From assembly GCA_964554745.1 (NCBI GenBank), contig CAZKPZ010000003.1:1-49387 (forward strand): a stretch of DNA of 49,387 bases. Direction: 5' to 3'. Shown here in pieces: positions 35,722 through 45,245 of the stretch. Under the pieces are notes generated by a model. The model did not search any database, was not told the DNA's origin, and saw nothing but the letters and a program-made list of their open reading frames with translations. A program made the translations under genes and the position numbers. This DNA is from an uncultured Treponema sp. (lineage in GTDB: Bacteria > Spirochaetota > Spirochaetia > Treponematales > Treponemataceae). Each line of letters starts with the position of its first letter. Positions within the stretch are counted from its first letter, which is position 1.

Positions 35722-37250
35722 TATTGCTCAACCTCCTTTCTCTTCATTATGTAGAGCTGCATTCCCGTGATTATGAAGATGGCGATGAACAGCACCATGG
35801 CTTTTGCGGTGGCCATGCCTGCCTGCTTGTTGGAGAATGCGTCAAAGTAAATGTCGTATACGAACGGAACTGTGCCGGTCGCATAGCCTGTAGGGCCAAT
35901 CATTGCATACATGAGGTCAAAGCTCTTGAGCGCGTTTGCGATGCTCAAAAAGAGCGAAATGGTAATCGACGGAACCATGAGCGGCAGCGTGATAAAGCGG
36001 AAGCGCTGCAGTGCGCCCGCACCGTCTATCTTAGAAGCCTCGATAACATCGGTCGGAATATTCTGCAAGCCGGCAAGATAAACTATCATGTAGTAACCGC
36101 AACCCTGCCAGACGGCGACTGCAACCAAAAGCCAAGGTGTCTTTGCGGGGTCGCCAATCCATTCTTTTATTCCTGTCAGAGAAGGCAAAAGCTGGTTGAA
36201 AAGCAGTGACCAAATCAAGGCGACGATGACCATTGAAAGTACGTTCGGCAGGAAGAACACGGTACGCATCACTTTCTGTCCGTACACGCCGGAATCCAGC
36301 GCGAGGGCAAGGGCAAATGCGACAACGTTTATGCCTACTACGGAGAAGATTGCAAAGAAAAGCGTAAAGCCTACTACGCCCATGCTGAACTTCTTGAGCA
36401 CCCAGGTTGTGGAAAGCACGTTCTTCAGTTCAGCGGCACGGAGCAGACCGGCGGCGGCGGTTCTTACCACCTGCGAAGAGCCGGCGCTGAGCTTGTGAGT
36501 GCTGATAAAACCAGACTCGATATCTTGCAAAGCCGCTGTGTCCGCACTTAGGGCAGCAGACTGCGCCTTGCGGATAAAGTCGTCAAGCTCGCTCTCGCTC
36601 ACGGTCTTGTCGGAAAGCTCCGCAAGGTCGTAAAGCGGATTGGTAAGCTCAAAGTCGTCATAGTCGGCGCTAAGGCGGTACTGATCATTTTCTGCGTCAT
36701 ACTCCGCATAGGCCTTGCGGATTAAGTCGCCGGCGGCGGCATCCTTGCAGTTAGGCAGGATTTCTTTGTCCATGTCCTTTTTGTGGATGGCAAGTGGCAG
36801 CTCGGAATTCTTGTTGTACTTTATCTGGTCATAAAAGTGCGGATAGAAGTCCTTCTTTACTTTGCCGGTGAATACGGCCTTGTAGTTGTCAAGACCGACG
36901 AACTTGTTCAAGTCCGGCTCGTAGCCTGCTTTTTTTACGATGTGCTCAAGCTTGCGTCTTGTAAGGCCGCCGACGGCAATGCGTTTGTAGCAGCTGTCGC
37001 TCGGGTCAACGCTGTATATTTTTAGCACATAGTCCTTGTCTGCGTCGTTCTTTATATTATTCAGAATCTTGCTTTCAAACTCAGATTTCTCCATGCTGAT
37101 AGGAGTTTTCGGGGTAAGCCCGTCCCAGTTTGTTAAAGAAATGCCGATGCCGTTAAAAAACGGGCGGATAAAAAACATAAGATACAAGATAAGGCACGGC
37201 AATATGAATACCGTAAAATAGAATATTTTCTTTGGCTTAGGTTCAACCAT
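35721..37250 (-). CDS. Carbohydrate ABC permease (MalF/MsmF-like) with large inserted soluble region
   Basis: SLTNWDG, FVGLDNY, FFLPNVLS, YLAGLQNIP, EASKIDGA; 509 aa. Confidence 0.9.
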   Translation of the reverse strand: MVEPKPKKIFYFTVFILPCLILYLMFFIRPFFNGIGISLTNWDGLTPKTPISMEKSEFESKILNNIKNDADKDYVLKIYSVDPSDSCYKRIAVGGLTRRKLEHIVKKAGYEPDLNKFVGLDNYKAVFTGKVKKDFYPHFYDQIKYNKNSELPLAIHKKDMDKEILPNCKDAAAGDLIRKAYAEYDAENDQYRLSADYDDFELTNPLYDLAELSDKTVSESELDDFIRKAQSAALSADTAALQDIESGFISTHKLSAGSSQVVRTAAAGLLRAAELKNVLSTTWVLKKFSMGVVGFTLFFAIFSVVGINVVAFALALALDSGVYGQKVMRTVFFLPNVLSMVIVALIWSLLFNQLLPSLTGIKEWIGDPAKTPWLLVAVAVWQGCGYYMIVYLAGLQNIPTDVIEASKIDGAGALQRFRFITLPLMVPSITISLFLSIANALKSFDLMYAMIGPTGYATGTVPFVYDIYFDAFSNKQAGMATAKAMVLFIAIFIITGMQLYIMKRKEVEQ

Positions 37251-37480
37251 GACTTCCCCTTAACAAAAATTTTATATAGCGTTCTAAAAAATGGCATCTT
37301 TCCGCAGGGTCTCCACTTGCACACGCCGAGCCCGCACTAACTAATCGTATTACAAGTCCTAAAAGTCGGTCTGCAATCACTCTGTCAATGCGAGCAAATG
37401 CGTGTGCAAGCAGAATCTCCCTGCTCCAGATGCCATATAATAGACATAAGTCTATTTTAGTTAATTAAAAGAACTAAGAA

Positions 37481-38743
37481 TTACTTTACAGAATCTTTCC
37501 ACTGTAAGTCAATGGTAGAAATCACGTCCTCAGCAGAGCGGGTCTTCATCATGTACTGCTGAGCACCATTCTTACATGCGTCCTCGAATACCTGTGTCGG
37601 GTACTGAGAGAATGCCCATGGATAAGCTCCCTTGTCTGCGACTGACTGCATCAAGTCTGCATAAGGAGCGCCGAGTGAAGAGAAGTCTCCGCCCTTGAAA
37701 GAGTTGGTGAGCTTGTACTCTTTGACCCAGAGCTTGCTTCCTTCTTTTGAAGCGAGGAATGAAAGGAACTTCTTTGCGGCTTCCTGCTTTTCTTTTGATG
37801 ACTGAGAAGAGATGCCGAATGTTGAGTCAACGTCTGCATAGAGCTTGTTCAGCTTTGCATCGTTGTATACCGGGAACGGAATGAATCCTGCGTTGAGCTT
37901 CGGGTTGAGCTTAAGGGCGTCTACATAAGCCCACAAGCCCTGTACCATCATGGCAGACTCGCCCTTTGCAAATGACTGCTGCTGCTCGCCGCCGCCCATT
38001 TCCGCAGCGTTGTCGTTCATGTTGCTCTTGTAGAAGTCCAAGATGCTAAAGAGCTTGTCTGTGTCAACAACACCGTAGCTTGACTTGCCTGCGTTCATGT
38101 TTGCAATGAACTGATCGGCTGTAAGGTTCTTTTCTGCAAGAAGAGCGGTCTGCACCATTGTGATGAAGTGTCCGGCACTCCAGTTTTCTTTAAGCAAAGC
38201 AGAGAACGGAACAATGCCGTTTGACTTGAGTGTGCGGCAGACGTTCTGCAGCTCACGGTATGTTGTAGGTGCCTTGAGGTTGTACTTTGCAAAGATGTCC
38301 TTGTTGTAGATGATTCCGATTCCGGCATAGTCCATCGGCAGACCGTACTGCTTGCCATTGTATGTGACAGACGGCTTTGCGCTTGCAACAACGTTCTTCA
38401 TTGACGGGTCATTGGTCAAGTCTACAAGGTAGCCCTTTGAGGCATACTCCTGCACGCGAGAGTAAGACTGCATCTGCAGGATGTCAGGCAGCTTGCCCTG
38501 TGCCGCGCGGGCAGACATAGCGGCGTCTGCGTCATTCGGAATGATGAGCATGTCTACGGTGATTCCAGGATTGGCCTTTTCAAAAGCCTTTACAATGTTC
38601 TTGAGTCCTTCCTGGTTTTCCTGCTTATAGTAATAAAGCTCAAGCTTTACTCCGTTTGCTTTCTTATTCTTTTTACCCCATGCTGTAAGTGTCATAGGCA
38701 ACAGGGCAAGAATTGCAGCTGCGGCTAAAATAATTTTTTTCAT
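37481..38743 (-). CDS. Sugar ABC solute-binding protein (MsmE-like)
   Basis: Signal peptide, FEKANPGI, LPDI, YGLP, IYNKDIF, FAKGESAM; GGAGG RBS. Confidence 0.92.
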   Translation of the reverse strand: MKKIILAAAAILALLPMTLTAWGKKNKKANGVKLELYYYKQENQEGLKNIVKAFEKANPGITVDMLIIPNDADAAMSARAAQGKLPDILQMQSYSRVQEYASKGYLVDLTNDPSMKNVVASAKPSVTYNGKQYGLPMDYAGIGIIYNKDIFAKYNLKAPTTYRELQNVCRTLKSNGIVPFSALLKENWSAGHFITMVQTALLAEKNLTADQFIANMNAGKSSYGVVDTDKLFSILDFYKSNMNDNAAEMGGGEQQQSFAKGESAMMVQGLWAYVDALKLNPKLNAGFIPFPVYNDAKLNKLYADVDSTFGISSQSSKEKQEAAKKFLSFLASKEGSKLWVKEYKLTNSFKGGDFSSLGAPYADLMQSVADKGAYPWAFSQYPTQVFEDACKNGAQQYMMKTRSAEDVISTIDLQWKDSVK

Positions 38744-38958
38744 ACAAACCTCCAAAATTTCTGGTTTACACATGATTTCTATGATTCCATCTTAGCCGTG
38801 AAAAGCAGTATATGCAATTTTTTTTTTAATTTATTTACCGCCGGGATACGAATTTGCAAATTTTTTGTGAATAATGTTCTATTTGTCAGGTTAAAAAAAA
38901 GTGAAGGTGCAAAGACAAAAAAGCATCCTTCACTCGAAAATTCAAACAAAAGCGCAAA

Positions 38959-38970
38959 GAAAACGTTTTC
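38959..38970. promoter_or_regulatory. LacI-type operator candidate
   Basis: Perfect palindrome GAAAACGTTTTC upstream of the sugar ABC operon. Confidence 0.45.
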
Positions 38971-39167
38971 GTTCGGCTTTTTAGTATGTATGGTGAGAAA
39001 GTATATTATAGAAAACGCAAATCTTTGTAAAGAGTCTGAGACCTCATATCAGTAAAAATACCTATAGGAATGTGAATATTTCAATAAAAACAAGACGCAA
39101 AGGAGTAAACGGTAAAGCGATTGCCCTAACGGCAGACACTGCAAGCGCAAAAGAAACGAAGCATAAA

Positions 39168-39205
39168 AAAAAGACCGGACTCACGCTAGTAAAGTCCAGT
39201 CTTTC
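39168..39205. terminator. Terminator after the CBM48 gene
   Basis: AAAGACCGGACT...AGTCCAGTCTTT with an A run giving a U-tract on the minus strand. Confidence 0.7.
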
Positions 39206-39253
39206 TATCGTTTTTATAGAGTTATATTCAGCTTGTATAGAACAGGCTATAAT

Positions 39254-39562
39254 TTAGCAGATAACAACAGAGTTGTCAGTATGAGAGAACGGAGCAGGAA
39301 TGTATTTGTCGGCATTCCAGTCATTTTCCCAGTGCTTGCCGTCAAGCAGATAGCGGAACTGGTATTCCTTGCCAGCCTGAAGCTTAAGCTTTACGCAGAA
39401 ACTTCCGTCTTTTTCGTGTGTAAGCGGTGTCTCTGTGCTGCTCCAGCTATTGAAATCACCGGCGATTGTTACCTTCTGTGCTCCATGCGCAGCTTCCTTT
39501 GTAACAGAGAAAGTCACTGTGCAAGTCTTTTTGTCTTTTGACCAACTTTTTTTTAAAGCCAT
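39254..39562 (-). CDS. Stand-alone glycogen-binding (CBM48 / isoamylase early set) protein
   Basis: VTF, AGDFNSW, YQFRYLLDG..WEND, NSVV; AAGGAG RBS. Confidence 0.88.
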   Translation of the reverse strand: MALKKSWSKDKKTCTVTFSVTKEAAHGAQKVTIAGDFNSWSSTETPLTHEKDGSFCVKLKLQAGKEYQFRYLLDGKHWENDWNADKYIPAPFSHTDNSVVIC

Positions 39563-39669
39563 ACATAAACTCCTTAATATCAAAAAATAGTTTGAATTTG
39601 TCTTTAGATAAATTATTATAACTTATTTAGCAAAATATGTAAACCCTAAAAAACTGTTACAGCATTTAT

Positions 39670-40656
39670 TCAGCTTTCTCCGGGATATATAACGCCCCAA
39701 TCACTGCGCAAAGAGTCCATAATACGCATAACTTTTACAGTTTCGGCAAATGGCATGGAGAAAGACTCGGTTTTACCACCGGCAATACATTCCAAAGCCT
39801 CGCGGACCTCGTACTCGTAGCCGGTTATCTGCTTTGGCACCGCCGTGGTCTTGAGCAGCCTGTCGTCGCTGTCAAACACGCTCACGGACTGCGGATTGTT
39901 TATGTTCTCGACCACGATATAGCCCTTTTCGCCCCAGATGATTCCCTTGCGGTCAGAGCGAGACAGCATGCCCGCGCTCAGAGACGCCAGCCGCCCATCC
40001 TTGTAGAACACAGTTATAGTCTCCTGCGCGTCCACGCCGCTTTCCCACAGCGACACAGACGACTCAATCTTTTCTATATTATCACCAAAGTGCATGAGCG
40101 CAAAATTGATGGGATACACGCCAACGTCCAGCAGCGCGCCGCCGGCGAGTTCCGGGCGGACAAGGCGCTGCTTATGCAGCATGGAGTAAGACAGGTTCGC
40201 GGTGAGCATGCTTGGCTTGCCGATTATGCCCGAAGCAATAGTGTCGTCAATAATCTTGCGCGACGGCATGTAGCGCGTCCAGATAGCTTCGGCCAAATAG
40301 AGGCGCTTTTCTTGCGCAAGCTGTATGGCTTTTTCCGCCTGAGACGAATTTACGGTGAATGATTTTTCTGTAAGCACATTGCGGCCGCCGTTCAGACACA
40401 GCAGCATGTTTTCGTAATGCTCCGAATGAGGAGTCGCAATGTAAACCAAGTCTACGTCTTTATCGGCGGCAAGCTCCTGATACGAACCGTAGGCTTTTGC
40501 CGCCCCTGTCTCCTGTGCAAAGCGCTGAGCTTTTTCCGCCGTGCGGGAAGCCACGGCGTACACTTCCGCCTCCGTCATTCCGGCAACCGTAGTTGCCATG
40601 GTGTGCGCAATAGCACCCGTTCCCATAATACCGATTTTTGCCTTTGTTCTTACCAT
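39670..40656 (-). CDS. Gfo/Idh/MocA oxidoreductase
   Basis: GTGAIA, YIATPHSEH, VLTEKSF, EAIWTR, GGALLDVGVY. Confidence 0.93.
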   Translation of the reverse strand: MVRTKAKIGIMGTGAIAHTMATTVAGMTEAEVYAVASRTAEKAQRFAQETGAAKAYGSYQELAADKDVDLVYIATPHSEHYENMLLCLNGGRNVLTEKSFTVNSSQAEKAIQLAQEKRLYLAEAIWTRYMPSRKIIDDTIASGIIGKPSMLTANLSYSMLHKQRLVRPELAGGALLDVGVYPINFALMHFGDNIEKIESSVSLWESGVDAQETITVFYKDGRLASLSAGMLSRSDRKGIIWGEKGYIVVENINNPQSVSVFDSDDRLLKTTAVPKQITGYEYEVREALECIAGGKTESFSMPFAETVKVMRIMDSLRSDWGVIYPGES

Positions 40657-40726
40657 ACAATTTGACTATAGCAGTTCTGCATGATAAGAACAAGACTAAA
40701 ACCCGGCGGCTGCTAAAACTACGCGC

Positions 40727-41926
40727 TTATTTAAGCTTGTCCAGAATTGAATAGCCTATCGCGCCTTCCGGCAGCTGCAGGCCGAAGTTGTCAAGAATCG
40801 TAGCGCCGATTACGGCAAAAGTGTCAGTCTCTTCAAGCTGGCCGTGCCCCGTAAGAGAGGGGGAATAGGCAAGCAGCGGAACTTTCTCGCGCGTATGGTC
40901 TGTGCCGTGGAACGTAGGGTCATTGCCGTGGTCTGCCGTAATCAGCAGCAGGTCGTCGTCCTTCAGAACCTTGAGCAGCTCGCCGAGCTTTACGTCGAAC
41001 TTTTCTATCTCTGCGGCATAGCCTTCCACATTGCGGCGGTGTCCCCAGAGTGCGTCAAAGTCAACCAGGTTAACAAAGCACAGCCCATTCCAGTCAGTGC
41101 GTCTGGCGGTGTCTATCGTCTGCTCCATGCCGTTAACGGAAGACTCGGAGTGAATCGCCTGGGTGACGCCCTCGCCCACAAAGATGTCGTTTATCTTGCC
41201 GATAGACACAACATCCCTGCCGGCGTCTTTCAAGACGTTCAGCGCAGTGCGGGCGAACGGCTTTACGGCGTAGTCGTGGCGGTTCGCCGTGCGCTTGAAC
41301 TCACCCTTCTTTCTGCCAAGATAAGGGCGGGCAATGACGCGGCCTACTTTCCACTCGTCCTTCATTGTGATTTTGCGCGCAATCTCGCAGCAGCGGTAAA
41401 GCTCCTTTAAGTCAAAGGTCTCCTCGTTGCCGCAAATCTGCAATACAGAGTCCGCAGACGTGTACACAATCATCTTCTTGCCGCCGGAAGCAATCTCTTC
41501 TTCCGCAAGCTCGTCAAGAATCACCGTGCCGGAAGAGCTTTTGTTGCCTATCACAGTATGGCCGGTCTGCTTCTCAAGCTCGGCAACAAGCTCCGGCGGA
41601 AAACCGTGCTCCGTAAAGGTGACGAACGGCTTTGTCGTGCGCAGCCCCATCATCTCCCAGTGACCGGTCATGGTGTCTTTGCCCACGCTCTTTTCGCGCA
41701 GCACGGCGTAGTAACCAAGCGGCTTTTCTGCCGGCGCAACCTGCTTGAGCGCCTTTAAGTTGGCCATGCCCAGCTTCTGCAGGTTCGGAATAACGAACTT
41801 GTCGCGGTAAGCGGAGATGTGCCCCAGCGTATCGCTGCCCACATCGTTGTACTGCGCCGCGTCCGGCTCTTCGCCGATTCCCAGTGAATCTATCACAATG
41901 CAAAATATTCTGTTAAAACGTGCCAT
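40727..41926 (-). CDS. deoB: Phosphopentomutase
   Basis: [55 protein letters not shown]. Confidence 0.96.
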   Translation of the reverse strand: MARFNRIFCIVIDSLGIGEEPDAAQYNDVGSDTLGHISAYRDKFVIPNLQKLGMANLKALKQVAPAEKPLGYYAVLREKSVGKDTMTGHWEMMGLRTTKPFVTFTEHGFPPELVAELEKQTGHTVIGNKSSSGTVILDELAEEEIASGGKKMIVYTSADSVLQICGNEETFDLKELYRCCEIARKITMKDEWKVGRVIARPYLGRKKGEFKRTANRHDYAVKPFARTALNVLKDAGRDVVSIGKINDIFVGEGVTQAIHSESSVNGMEQTIDTARRTDWNGLCFVNLVDFDALWGHRRNVEGYAAEIEKFDVKLGELLKVLKDDDLLLITADHGNDPTFHGTDHTREKVPLLAYSPSLTGHGQLEETDTFAVIGATILDNFGLQLPEGAIGYSILDKLK

Positions 41927-41935
41927 ACCAGCTCC

Positions 41936-42385
41936 TTACTCATGTTCTGTATCCGTGCCGAGATTGCCAGGACCAAAGCCCTCGGGCAGCATTTCAGCAA
42001 GAGTGTACACTTTATACTCTGTGCGGCTCTTTGGCAATATAATATAGAAAGTTTCGGGATTGCAGAATTCCATCATAACCTGGCGGCAGACACCGCAGGG
42101 CGCACAATAATCCTGCACGTCGCCATCGTGTCCGCCAACAACGGCAATCGCCCTGAACTTGCGCTCGCCCTCGCTAACAGCCTTAAAGAACGCGGTGCGC
42201 TCCGCACAGTTAGTAGGCGTATAGGCGGCGTTCTCTATATTGCAGCCGCCCCAAACCTTGCCGTCGGCAGAAAGCAGCCCAGCGCCCACCTTCCAGTGGG
42301 AATACGGCGTATACGAAAAGCGCAGCATGTCAAAAGCCTTCTCGATAAGCGTGTTCACGGGAATATCATCCGGTAGTGTAGCCAT
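41936..42385 (-). CDS. cdd: Cytidine deaminase
   Basis: YTPYS, GCNIENA, CAERTA, PCGVCRQ. Confidence 0.95.
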   Translation of the reverse strand: MATLPDDIPVNTLIEKAFDMLRFSYTPYSHWKVGAGLLSADGKVWGGCNIENAAYTPTNCAERTAFFKAVSEGERKFRAIAVVGGHDGDVQDYCAPCGVCRQVMMEFCNPETFYIILPKSRTEYKVYTLAEMLPEGFGPGNLGTDTEHE

Positions 42386-42420
42386 AGTGCGTCTCCTTAT
42401 TTTGTGGTCTCAAGCAAAGA

Positions 42421-42449
42421 ATTATAACCCCAAACGCAAAATCTTGCAA
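42421..42449 (-). promoter_or_regulatory. cdd-deoB promoter
   Basis: TTGCAA-17 nt-TATAAT on the minus strand. Confidence 0.7.
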
Positions 42450-42463
42450 TTAACTAATTTCTC

Positions 42464-43051
42464 TTACAAAGTCTGATACATAAATATACAGCCTTCGTCA
42501 TATTTCGGTTTTACATGCGCCTGAACAAATTGTTCAAGTTCAGGTGGTAATCGTGAAAAGCCCATTGTTTCATAATGTTTAATAAGTTTTTCAAAAGGCA
42601 GGGCATACAAATACAAAGCGTTTACACCGACAAAATTTGAAATGCATTTTGCCAATGGAAATACAAAGTTTTGTACCATGTACAATCCAACACGTTCCAT
42701 ATCCGGGTGGTGGGATTTGTATTGTGAATTTACTGCGAAATTTGAAAGTTCAATGGCAGGAAGTGAATCAAAAACTTCTTTATCATTGTCTGCAGGAATT
42801 TTCTGTGTAATCAATCCTGTCCGTAGAGTAAAATAGCCGGCCAGTTCTCTCGTCATCTTGTCTTTTACAAGATAGGTTCTGCTTAAATTGCCATCTTCAT
42901 CATCAAACGAAGAATATTTTAAATAATTTTCAAGACCAGCAGCATTTCCACGGACAGTAAAGTTAGAAATCAATTCCTCGTTTTCCGTGGAATCATATAA
43001 ATGTTCAATTGTGAACAGTTTTGAATCATGGACAGTTATTTCAGAAATCAC
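42464..43051 (-). CDS. GNAT-fold acetyltransferase, toxin-like
   Basis: LENYLK, SRTYLV, LAGYFTL, PAIELSNFAVN, YLYAL, LIKHYETMGF; GTG start overlapping the upstream TGA (GTGA). Confidence 0.75.
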   Translation of the reverse strand: MISEITVHDSKLFTIEHLYDSTENEELISNFTVRGNAAGLENYLKYSSFDDEDGNLSRTYLVKDKMTRELAGYFTLRTGLITQKIPADNDKEVFDSLPAIELSNFAVNSQYKSHHPDMERVGLYMVQNFVFPLAKCISNFVGVNALYLYALPFEKLIKHYETMGFSRLPPELEQFVQAHVKPKYDEGCIFMYQTL

Positions 43052-43239
43052 TTTGCAGCCCTCAAAGCCTTGCGGATGATCTCTCTGTCTTTTTGCTGTT
43101 CAACAACCATTTCCTTTTCAAATTCCGCGCAGATTCTGTTTAATTCCCTGTGGTCAGGTTTAGGAGTGCTCAAAATTGTAGCAATAGGCCCTGGAGTTTT
43201 ACGCAATTTGTCCATATATTCTTTGGTAATTGTTCTCAT
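43048..43239 (-). CDS. Small helical protein, putative antitoxin
   Basis: 63 aa, AAGGAGG RBS, translationally coupled to the GNAT gene. Confidence 0.65.
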   Translation of the reverse strand: MRTITKEYMDKLRKTPGPIATILSTPKPDHRELNRICAEFEKEMVVEQQKDREIIRKALRAAK

Positions 43240-43391
43240 ACGTGCCTCCTTATTTCTATAATATATCACAGATTTGCAAAATCTTGCAATCTAAACCGCT
43301 TTCATGCGTTTCTTTTCACAAAAGCAATTGTATCGAATTGTTTTTTAGTATATAAATTACTATACAAAGTATTTTGGAGGATAATTAAAGA

Positions 43392-44342
43392 ATGTCTGCT
43401 TTAGAAAAAATCGGGAATTTCTTCGGGAAATTCATGGCGGTAATCGTGCTTGCCGTTGCCGCCCTCTCCCTCTTTGCGCCCAGCACAACGCTCTGGGTGC
43501 AGACAAAATGGGTCAACTACCTTCTGATGGTCGTTATGTTCGGAATGGGGCTTACGCTCAAGCTTGAGGACTTCAAGCTGGTGTTCACACGCCCCAAGGA
43601 CATCATCATAGGCTGCGTGGCGCAGTTCACCATCATGCCGCTGCTCGCCTTTGCCCTGGGCAAAATATTCGGACTGGAAGTAGGACTGCTCGCCGGAGTA
43701 ATTCTTGTGGGAACATGCCCGGGCGGAACTTCCAGCAACGTAATCACCTACCTGTCAAAGGGAGACGTAGCGCTTTCCGTAGGCATGACCAGCGTGAACA
43801 CCCTGCTTGCCCCGGTACTCACGCCTGCAATCACATACCTCTTGCTCAGAACCAGCGTCACAGTCGACGTAGTGAGCATGTTCCTGTCAATCGTCAAGGT
43901 TGTAATCGTTCCGATTGCGCTCGGCTTTGTAATCAACAAGTTCTTCGGCAAGTTCACGCAGAAAATCGTGGCAATCCTTCCTGCAATCTCCGTTATCGCA
44001 ATCTGTCTGATTGTAGCAGCAGTCGTCTCCCACAACGCGAACAAAATCCTCACTACAGGAGCAATCGTCTTTGTAGTCGTCATACTGCACAACCTGCTGG
44101 GCTATGCGCTGGGCTTTTTGCTCGGCAAGGCCTTGCGCCTGTCCGTGCCAAAGACAAAGGCACTCTCCGTTGAAATCGGCATGCAGAACTCAGGACTTGC
44201 GACATCACTTGCAGGAACAGCGTTCCCGACTCTTGCCATGGCAACAGTGCCGGGCGCGATTTTCTCCGTGTGGCACAACATCTCGGGTGCAATCCTCGCC
44301 AACATCTACCTGAGATGGAACGGCAGCGAAAAGCAGTCATAA
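43392..44342 (+). CDS. Bile acid:sodium symporter family protein (PanS-like)
   Basis: VMFGMGLTL, QFTIMPL, CPGGTSSNV, EIGMQNSGLA, FSVWHNISG. Confidence 0.93.
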   Translation: MSALEKIGNFFGKFMAVIVLAVAALSLFAPSTTLWVQTKWVNYLLMVVMFGMGLTLKLEDFKLVFTRPKDIIIGCVAQFTIMPLLAFALGKIFGLEVGLLAGVILVGTCPGGTSSNVITYLSKGDVALSVGMTSVNTLLAPVLTPAITYLLLRTSVTVDVVSMFLSIVKVVIVPIALGFVINKFFGKFTQKIVAILPAISVIAICLIVAAVVSHNANKILTTGAIVFVVVILHNLLGYALGFLLGKALRLSVPKTKALSVEIGMQNSGLATSLAGTAFPTLAMATVPGAIFSVWHNISGAILANIYLRWNGSEKQS

Positions 44343-44498
44343 GCCGCACGCACAAGTACGCATACACAGCCGCCCGGCATGACGGCCTGCCCCTCTGCCG
44401 GGGCGGGCGCGCCAAGTAGAGGCGGCATAAAAAGGCACAGGCTTTTTTATAGAAGCATAATTATTTACAATCATCCGACTTTACACTATAATTTGAGC

Positions 44499-45245
44499 GT
44501 GCTCTCAAAACTGTTGACTGCATTATTAGTACTTTCTCTTTTTTGTTGCATAAACACTTTTGCAAAAGACACAGAGTGGAGCAATACGCCGCATTTTTCG
44601 CACCAGGGCTTTGACTTTAAGGCAGAGGGCGGCTTTGCCGTAAACACCGGCGAAAGCTGGGAAAAATACCGCTTTGCATTCCAGCCCTACTTCCAGATGG
44701 ACAGCGACAAGTCCACACTGTACGCGGGCTTTCAGTTCGGCGAGGGCACGATTGACGCGATGGGCGGCATGACGCTGTGGCCATGGGTGTGGAACCGCAT
44801 GCGCGTAGGCGTGGGCACGCGCTACAGCTTTAACAGATACGACAACATAAGCCTTACCCACAACATGATAGTCAGCGGCGAGATAGAAGCGCGGCCGTTC
44901 AAGTGGTTCGGCGTAAAGTTCCTGTACGGCAACATGCTCAAAAGCCGCCGCATTTTTGCCATAGACGACGCGCAGCGCTACATACACAACTTTACCTTCG
45001 TGTTTTCCACGCAGACAGACTTCTATCTGCCCTACGACATGAAAGTTTCCCTTATAATGGCTTCATACGAACGCTACCGCTACATGCTTGCGGTAGCGCC
45101 GTCGTTCACGCTGGCCTTAAGCAAGCGCTGGGCTAACGGACTTTCCGTAACGTTTGAAGACACCGCTCGCTACACTGACTTCTTTACCGCATCAACATAT
45201 TACGACGGCAGCGAATTCCGTCTTCTCATAGGATGGGAATTTTGA
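44499..45245 (+). CDS. Putative outer-membrane beta-barrel protein
   Basis: GTG start after TTTACA-17-TATAAT; signal peptide; alternating aromatic strands; C-terminal RLLIGWEF. Confidence 0.6.
   Translation: MLSKLLTALLVLSLFCCINTFAKDTEWSNTPHFSHQGFDFKAEGGFAVNTGESWEKYRFAFQPYFQMDSDKSTLYAGFQFGEGTIDAMGGMTLWPWVWNRMRVGVGTRYSFNRYDNISLTHNMIVSGEIEARPFKWFGVKFLYGNMLKSRRIFAIDDAQRYIHNFTFVFSTQTDFYLPYDMKVSLIMASYERYRYMLAVAPSFTLALSKRWANGLSVTFEDTARYTDFFTASTYYDGSEFRLLIGWEF

Larger units (their letters stand above)
42436..43290. mobile_element. AT-rich two-gene cassette bounded by 15-bp direct repeats
   Basis: GCAAAATCTTGCAAT at 42436-42450 and 43276-43290; interior visibly more AT-rich than the flanking genes. 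Confidence 0.65.
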
